Shown in pieces: positions 56,085-64,000 of a DNA stretch of 64,000 nucleotides. A program made the position numbers and the translations under genes. This DNA is from Syncephalis fuscata S228. Taxonomy: Eukaryota; Fungi; Zoopagomycota. A model generated the notes under the pieces. The model did not search any database, was not told the DNA's origin, and saw only the letters and a list, made by a program, of their open reading frames with translations. Numbering within the stretch: position 1 is the first letter of the stretch; the number at the start of each line of letters is the position of its first letter. The DNA is taken from positions 408,435 to 472,434 of the forward strand of contig JAHLTZ010000022.1 of the NCBI GenBank assembly GCA_025786725.1, given 5' to 3'.

Positions 56085-56102
56085 TTTGTGAGCTATTTAT
56101 AC
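56085..56102 (-). promoter_or_regulatory. Putative TATA block of micro-exon gene A
   Basis: TATAAATAGCTCACAAAAT on the minus strand, about 140 bp upstream of the ATG. The block is conserved at the same position in paralog B (about 60626-60643, TTTAAATAGCTCACAAAAT). Confidence 0.45.
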
Positions 56103-56282
56103 TTATGATTATGCTGAGATGCTAGTATACTGTAGTATACGAAATATACTATTACTGTGTAGTATGAACCAATAAAACAATCCAAATAATGGTTTGAGGT
56201 GCACATGTACCAATAGATTCATGGTGTGACATCATGGTTTCCAGCCTTGAGTTTAACATACTTGGTCTTGATTTTAACCTGA

Positions 56283-56750
56283 CCGGTCTTTACTTCAAGC
56301 TGCTCGGCATTTACACAGATGACACAGCAATTTCAATGAGCAGCATGTATGCAATAGAAACATGTACGTCATTCTGTATTTTTTTGTTACACAGTTTAAC
56401 TATTTGATAAAAGCAAGATATTATTTGACTTTGTAAAAACGACAAAGGCGCCTTTGCTGTTGCTTCCACGAATAACTCGGCCCTCAATATCCGCATGCAT
56501 AAAAAATAACGCATAACCTACCCGGTCTTTATTCCAATCTACTAATCATTTGTACGAATGGCACAATAATGATAATAACTCAGTACATATGCGATAAAAA
56601 TAGACATATGAGTTTGTATTTTTGTTACACGGTCTAACTATTTGGTGAAAACAAGTATACTGTTTGGTTGTGTAAAAACGACAAAGACGCCTTTGCTGTT
56701 GCTTCCATTAAATAGCTCAGTCTTCAATATTTGCATGCGTACAAAATAGC
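56283..56750. repeat. Diverged tandem duplication of a ~240-bp unit upstream of gene A
   Basis: CCGGTCTTT at 56283 and 56522. GTAAAAACGACAAAG.CGCCTTTGCTGTTGCTTCCA at about 56433 and 56672. One homologous copy upstream of gene B (about 60800-61000). Confidence 0.8.
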
Positions 56751-58568
56751 ACACAGCGCTGACGCAAAAACAAGCTTAACATATCAAATTGGTATTTTAT
56801 ACAGCTTTTTACTACCCTAAAGCCAGTTATAATTTTAGATTATAAAGTGTGTTGATTGATGCATGTATACATTTCATTCGACACTATGCCCATTGTTATG
56901 GGGGTAATCATTGCTTTGAGTTCACAAATGTATCACATCCAAGCATATCATTCCACATATTGTGCAACTACCATCATTCAAATGGCGGCTAATCCAAATT
57001 ACCTGGAATCAACTATACAATAAGTACTGATTGTAGGGTGATGCATCACAGCATTTTGAGCAATGGAACATTCCAACAAGTCATTTTCGTCATCAGTTTT
57101 CAGTTGTAAACTAGATTGGATCGGCTAAACCACAAGCAATACAGTATGCAGACACTAGACTAGACACAAAAAAGTACTAACCAAGTACCAGCAATTTCAG
57201 GTGCATAATGACGGCGGGTTGCATATTAACTGGTAATCATCCAAGGCCTAAGTTCTATCCACCTTTCTGAAACCAATCCTGACAAGTTAAGCAAGATAGA
57301 ATGTAGAAAAACAAGCCAAAGCAGAAACCAATGGAAAAGCAATTAGCAGCTCAAAGGCTTACTGGTTTAGCTTATAGCAAGTCATTATCGCCATACCATG
57401 TTAGACTGAGTTTATTAACGATCCAACTATTGATGATGCAGCTAGAACAATAGCGCTAAACGAAAGTAACGCATGAAAACAAAGCATTGTACATAGCATT
57501 TAACAAAACTGCAAACTAAACACATGCTGTTATGCTTTGCATTGTATAAGGCGAGTACTTGAGGAGAGGGTGAACGAACGAAAAGAAATTAGACAATAGC
57601 AAATGATATTGTCAACAAATGTCTATTCATGAGGGCATTGACCAGTTAAAATTAGGATTGATATAGTTACATATCATAAGCAATGATTTCATGTTGTTTT
57701 AAGTTATTAAACAGGAAAAAAGGAAAAATTCATTTATTAGATCGAAATGTGTACTCAGAATCATTTATATTAGCCGTTTGTTACATAAAAGCATGTACAG
57801 CTAAAGCCAATAGTAAAGTAGTATTGACACCATTTTTATTATAAAATATATAGTTTATACTATGTGTAAATGCGTAGTAATCCAATATCAGATATTGTAC
57901 TAATCAAATATCAGTTTAATTCACTTGACAATAAAAATAACAGGATGTTGTTACGGTACCAGATTACGGTATTATGGTCACATAATTATCTACTATGCGA
58001 TTGATTCATGATATTCACCATGTAATCGAACAACATGCCAATGATAACATGTGAAAATTTACGAGTATACTAAACACTATTATTAACAATCATAAACAAA
58101 CAGCCATCCAAGGACATAACCAGTAAACACTTGTTATTTACTAACATATGAGCAATCATATGAACAAGGCTCAAATTCCATTAGCAATGGTGTTTACTAT
58201 AAAATACTAGCTTTATTGGAATTATAATAAACACATCAGCATATTTGGTTCTATATTATTTTCTCTACTTTAATTGAAAATGCTATTCGGCTATTAAAAG
58301 CTTAACTGTGGTAACCAATAATTAAAAGGAAAATTATCTTTGTTTATTTTATAATAGCATCAGGTTCATGTTATATTAATTCAAACAATTAATTAGTAGT
58401 CGTTGACGCTTAGGTGATAGAAGTAATTGTAAACAAGACGGTAGCCATTAAGTTGCTAGTTGTTACAATGTAATGCTAAGTTGTTAACAATCAACAATTA
58501 TTCTTATACCAACACCAGTACAGTATTATTTCATCATATGATAGTGATAGATTTGTTACTATCCATGG

Positions 58569-59070
58569 TATATTTTTGAATAAACACAGTCAACTTTATT
58601 GTCAATAGATAATTACAATATCTGCATTTAACGTTGATATATTCATATCATCCTATGCTTATAACTAATACAATATAATTGCAAATGTCTTTAGTTAGTT
58701 TGACTAATAATTAATAATTAATGGATGCAAATAGAACATGAGTATAGATATAACAATTCGATTGTATATAGCTAAAATGGAACCACAAGTTTATTACTAT
58801 AAGCTTGCACAGTTGAATAGAAACAACTAAATGCAAGCCTGTTGATAAAATAATAATCCCATTGATTAAAGACTGGATAAACCGGAGCATTGGCCAAAAC
58901 TTGATATATAGATGACTGAATGGCGTAGTTGTCAAATAGTCTTGCATTTCACCGAATATATACCTAAAGTGTGTTAAAATAGTGGTTTGATTGCACTACC
59001 AATGCTGATGTCTTGAAAGCAGCTATTGTCCTGTATTTACAAATAAAAATATTACATGTCCTATAATTAA
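58569..59070. repeat. ~500-bp near-identical duplicate (copy 2), the 3' end/UTR of micro-exon gene B
   Basis: Matches 51321-51820. Confidence 0.95.
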
Positions 59071-60498
59071 CGTATAAGCCATTAATATACAATAAAACTT
59101 ACTGCCTATTAATATTAATTTGCTTATACATAAATTCAATAGCAAGCGCTTAGTAAATGGTCAATGAATATAATGTGGCACTTACAGCCTATTAATATTA
59201 AAATGTTGATACATATTAAATAACATGTAATTAATGCATAATCAAGTCATATAAAATATCACTTACGAACTATTATATCAAGTTGTTGATACACACAGTG
59301 AATAACATGTAATCAGTGCATAGTCGGTTAGTATACAATGCTACTTACCCACTAATATATAAAGTTATTGATACACACAGTACATAGTATGTAATTAGTA
59401 AATGGCTAATTGGTGTATAATCCCACTTACTGACTATTATGTTAAATTATTGATACACATAGTATGCCACACATTTACTAAATAATCAGTTAATATACAA
59501 TACTACTTACGACCTATTGATGGTGAGTTATTGATACACAGTAAATAGTACGTAATTAGTACATAGCCAATTATTATGTAACCTCACTTACCGCCTATTA
59601 CATTAAGTTGTTGATGCACACAGTAAATAGCAAGCGATTAGCGGATTATTAATTAGTATGTAATATTACTTACCACCTAATATATTAAGTTGAAAATATT
59701 ACAGTAAACATCACACAATTAATAAGTTATTACTTTATACACAATATAGCTTACAACCTATTAATATTAAGTTATTAATGAATACAGTAAATAACATGCA
59801 GTTAGTGTATAGTCAATTATTATGCAATGCTATTTACCAGCTATTGATATTAAATCATTGATAGGCACAGTATACCGTATTCGATTAGTACATAGTTAGT
59901 GTGTGTGTAATATCACTTACGGGCTTTTTATATTAAATTATTGGTATACACAAGATATAGCATGTGATTAGGGAATAGTCAATCAATATACAACACCGCT
60001 TACGCTCTATTGATACAGAATTGCCGATACACGCAGTACATAGTATATAATTAGTATATAGTTAAGTACTATAGAATATCACCTACCAGCTATTAAATTA
60101 AGGCATTGATACACATAGTATATAGCATTTAATTAATAAGCACTTGCTTAATATATAATATCGCTTACTGGCTATTATATTAAATTATTGGTATACACAA
60201 TAAATAGTATATAATTAGTGAATATTCAATTAATATACAATACTACTTACGACCTATTAAGCCAAATTGTCGATACACGCAGTACATAGCATGTAATTAG
60301 TATATAGCAGGCTATTATAAAATGCTACTTGCCGTCTAACACCATAATCAGTTAAGCATAATATTAGTAAATATGATGTTATATTTATTGTAATTACAAC
60401 ATACCACGACGGGCTAGAATTGGATTAGCATCCACCATGGATATAGTGGATATAAAAGCCACAATAATGGTACAAACGACGGTAATAAAAAGCTTCAT
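59023..60498 (-). CDS. Micro-exon gene B: secreted peptide precursor from a 94-nt leader exon, 16 three-nucleotide exons and a terminal exon
   Basis: Exon 1 (60498-60405) encodes MKLFITVVCTIIVAFISTISMVDANPILARR+G and is followed by gtatgt. The 16 micro-exons give DGPTEPPGCGGLMVRC, then RQ* (acceptor 59031) or RHVIFLFVNTGQ* (acceptor 59061). Confidence 0.8.
59061..60404 (-). repeat. Tandem array of ~82-bp intron+3-nt-exon units, 16 micro-exons
   Basis: Same CTTAC-NNN-CTA periodicity (80-83 bp) as array A, with more diverged units. Confidence 0.93.
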
Positions 60499-61801
60499 GG
60501 CGATATTGATTTGTTAAAACAAACAAATAAAATAGGCAATAGAATGTAATTGGGATAGAGTAAATAGTAGTGGGGGTTTGGCAGAAAGTAGAGTATAATG
60601 ATAATACCACTGGTTAGTTGTGTGTATTTTGTGAGCTATTTAAATATGTGTTTACATTGAAGCATCAATATATATATATATGTTATGCCATTGACATGCA
60701 ATATGGACCAATAACAATGCATCTAAATAGTGACTTGAAATACAAGTATGCTAACACATTGATAGCATGCTGATATGCATTCGTTTTTGTTTCAATTTGC
60801 CCGCATCTACATAGTTAGCGTAGCAATATCAATAATTCAGTACACATGTGATAAAATCATGCACGTCAACCTGTATTTTCTTGTTATACAGTTGTCTATT
60901 TGGTGGAAATTAATGTGATGTTTTATAAAAACAACAATAACGCCTTTGCTATTGCTTTCACCGACTCAGTATTCAATATCTACACACATAACAGGCAGCA
61001 TGCAACACCAACATAACAACTAGTTTAATACATTAAACTGGTATTTTTATACAAGTATTTACTGCTATACATAAACTAATCGTAACCTGAATTATAAAAT
61101 ATACTTGTTGGTTTATATATGCATTCAATTTGGTATAACAGCTGCTTTTACAGAAATAGCCAATATACTGGACTGACAATGCACTATATTCAGGCGTATC
61201 ATGTCACCTGTGCGATTATCTTCATTCCAAATAACAGATCATCTAAATAATCTGAAAATAGACTGTATAATGAGTACTATTATACTATAATGCAGCATGG
61301 TATTTCCAACAATAGACCATTCCAACAAGTCTCGGCTGTTATCAATTTCTTGGCTGTAAAGTAGATTGCATCGGGTATACTACATGTAATACAATATACA
61401 AACACTAGACTAAATACACTAGATGATTCTAGTCAAATATCATCAACGTCGAGTGCATAATGGCAATGAATTGCACATCAGGCAGTAATTATCCAGTACC
61501 TAGTTAATGCCCAGCACTTTTGAAAAATGACTCTGACAACAAATCAATTTGTCTTTGGAAGAACAGAGTATAAACCAATGAAAAAACAGTTGACAGTACA
61601 AACTGATTGCTTTGGCTTTATAGCAAAGTTTATAAAAAAAGCAAGTCACTGTGACCATACTAAGTTAGATTGTATCTATTTGATATTTAACGGCTACTGA
61701 TGCAATTAAAAGACTGTTGTTTTATTTCATCTATACCTGCAAATGAACAATAAACTAATACTAAAGCTTTACAGCCAAAGTATCAACGCCAAAAGACATA
61801 A

Positions 61802-64000
61802 TTATAGCTTGGCACGATTCACGTTCGACTCGGTCCAGCTACCAATCTCACCCTTAATTAATGGACGAATATAATCATGATAGCCTCGAATAACACCATC
61901 TTTCATCTCGCTGTTGTTTAGTGGCTCGCGTTTAAGACACTCGACCATACGTTCGTAGGCCCGTCCATCGCTCGATCCAAGTGCCGAATTAAGCAAAAAG
62001 TCAGGCCAGCCATAACTTTCAGCCAAACCGACAGCATCTGGCCGAATAGCCCGCAGCAAAACACGAACTTCATTGCGAATGAGGTTCGCTTGATTCAACG
62101 ATACAAATCCATCTTCGACGAAATCGCCCATATCCTGTTCTATAGTATAGAGATGATAAAGATTCATTAGGCGAATAATGGCCGTTTGTGTTGCATTAGA
62201 TAAAGCGGCAAATTTATCACTTTCTAAATAAGCAGCAATACAGTGTGCCACCAAATATTGGCAATAGGCACGTGATGCGCGTAATGATTCAACTTGTAAG
62301 TCTTCCCATGCAATGCCGCTGTGTTTCGCCCGCGCCAACTCGGATACAACACGAGCTGCACGATGGGCATAAGCACAAAGAATCAACTCGTGATTTGTAA
62401 GATCTTGAGCTGATTGCACTGACCAACGTTGTTGCAAAAACAACGAAGGTTCCACCAATTGACGAAGGAAACTTGTGGTCGATGATAATGCATCTAGCTG
62501 TCCCTGGTGCACAAATTCAACTTGTTTCAACAAATACTTGGCCGATTGTTGCTATAAATAGCCATGAGTAATATTAAACTTGACCCTTCCATTAGCTTAC
62601 CGTAAGTAAATAGTTTTCACCCTCATAAGTATTACTAGGCAAGGATGTATTGTAGTAATCAGGAATACCCGAAAACATGGAGTATCTATAACAAATCAAT
62701 ATAAACAATAAGCAACCATGATTAATACTATTATTAATAATACAGCTATATAGCTTACCCGTGACCGCCCATACACTTGCGAAGGTCCTCAACACCTTCT
62801 ATCGCTACAGTGGTTGTGTAGCTCTTTAGGCCCGAGCTGTAGGCATGCACATCAGCCAACATACCCACATCATTATTTGCAAGCTGGGCCATTAATTTCT
62901 CGTACATCTCCAACATCCACATGCCAGTAAACCGTAAAGCATAGGTTTGAGCAACACGTGGGAAGACACGATACTGCACCATAAGATGATCAAGTGTTTG
63001 TGGCTCAAGTTGGCCGGGAGCTTTAACGGGACCTTGACGACGTACAGCAAGATAGCGTGTAGCTATAGTACAAGCACGCGAAAGAGTGACTGCAGAATTC
63101 TCGACCAATTCGACACGAACATAAGTCTATAGCCATAAATAAAATTAATATTTATCTGGTGGTCCATCTCTGTTACCTACCATAGCACCATAAGCCAATT
63201 TATTATGAATTGGTTTGTGTAGACACCATCACGTGATACTTTAGAGTAACGCATAAGCATATTCTCTCGTGGTACACGGTAATGATTAAACATCATAAAA
63301 CCATTATCCATATGTTAGCACCCACTTTTGGTCCAATATCATGAATAGTCAATCCAGGGAATGTTTTATGGTTGTCAAGCGATCGGATAGGCACAAATAG
63401 TGGATGTGCACCATAATCACGTCCATCGATAATAAGTTTGGCCACCACAATGGCGTGGGTCGCCGTCTTGCCAAGAGCACCAATCCAGAACTTTGCTGAC
63501 TATCATGTATTTACAAGTATTAGCCGTGACTATTGACTAGATAGATAGACTCACCGATAAATGAGGCGAGTGAATAACCCATTCATCTGTCGCTTTATCT
63601 AATGTAGCTGTGGTCTCTAGACCAGATAGGTTACTACCATGGCCTAATTCAGTCTGAGCATAGCTATTATTACAAAATAGTTAATTAAACGCTGAGAATA
63701 TGCCAGAATAGAATAATACTTGCCATCCAAGAATACGAAGCTGTTTTGCTAGTCCAAGCCATTTCGCTTGTTGTTCATCGCTCGCTTGCCCTTCAAGTGT
63801 TGGTATAAACATATCAGTGTGCAAATAGATCTATTATTATAACAATTATAATATTTAGTACCAATATGTATATATCTATAAAATATAAATAATAACAATG
63901 ACTACTCAAACTTACTGGCACATATTCATCACTGGCCAATCGAAGTGTATTTACATCAGTACTGGTCAAATTATGTTCATTTCTTAGTTCCATCATACGA
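61802..64000 (-). CDS. POX1: Peroxisomal acyl-CoA oxidase, 5' end outside the window
   Basis: [71 protein letters not shown]-terminal PTS1 AKL. Confidence 0.93.

Noticed and set aside
51811-60404. CRISPR array or plain satellite interpretation of the 82-bp repeats
   Set aside because: The context is eukaryotic, there are no cas genes and the variable part is only 3 nt. The invariant positions are splice dinucleotides, and each array is attached to a signal-peptide exon.
51456-60610. Short ORFs 51456-51647, 55393-55584, 56311-56514, 58711-58947 and 60425-60610
   Set aside because: They are chance frames through UTR, intron repeats or the wrong frame of the leader exon. The duplicated 3' copies differ by frame-shifting indels.

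Overview
Intron-rich, AT-rich eukaryotic DNA from an early-diverging fungus (short GT-AG introns, fungal-type Sec2, Mid1, Csn12 and DUF2408 proteins; a Zoopagomycota/Syncephalis-like origin is my inference). Bases 1-49 kb hold about 17 ordinary genes: two secreted GDA1/CD39 apyrases, two MFS transporters, NPP1, an F-box protein, a Rieske protein, a degenerate subtilase, Mid1, an RNAi RdRP, SEC2, RNR1, VMA2, CSN12, Ars2/SERRATE, DUF2408 and two secreted kinase-like proteins. An acyl-CoA oxidase runs off the right end. Many conserved genes carry single-base frameshifts in short homopolymers, most likely assembly errors. The main discovery is at 51.8-60.5 kb. What looks like an ~82-bp satellite is, on the minus strand, two tandem paralogous secreted-peptide genes. 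After a conserved 94-nt signal/pro exon ending in RR, every codon of the mature peptide is split by a phase-1 intron: 49 and 16 consecutive 3-nt micro-exons (AG|NNN|GT). Spliced by hand they give stop-free peptides ERYRFCNMDPFSCGLACNNPSRGGDNGHQICTDCTYSECMEKCKTYCEK (8 Cys) and DGPTEPPGCGGLMVRC... (2 Cys). Micro-exon coordinates were counted by eye and may be off by about 1 nt.
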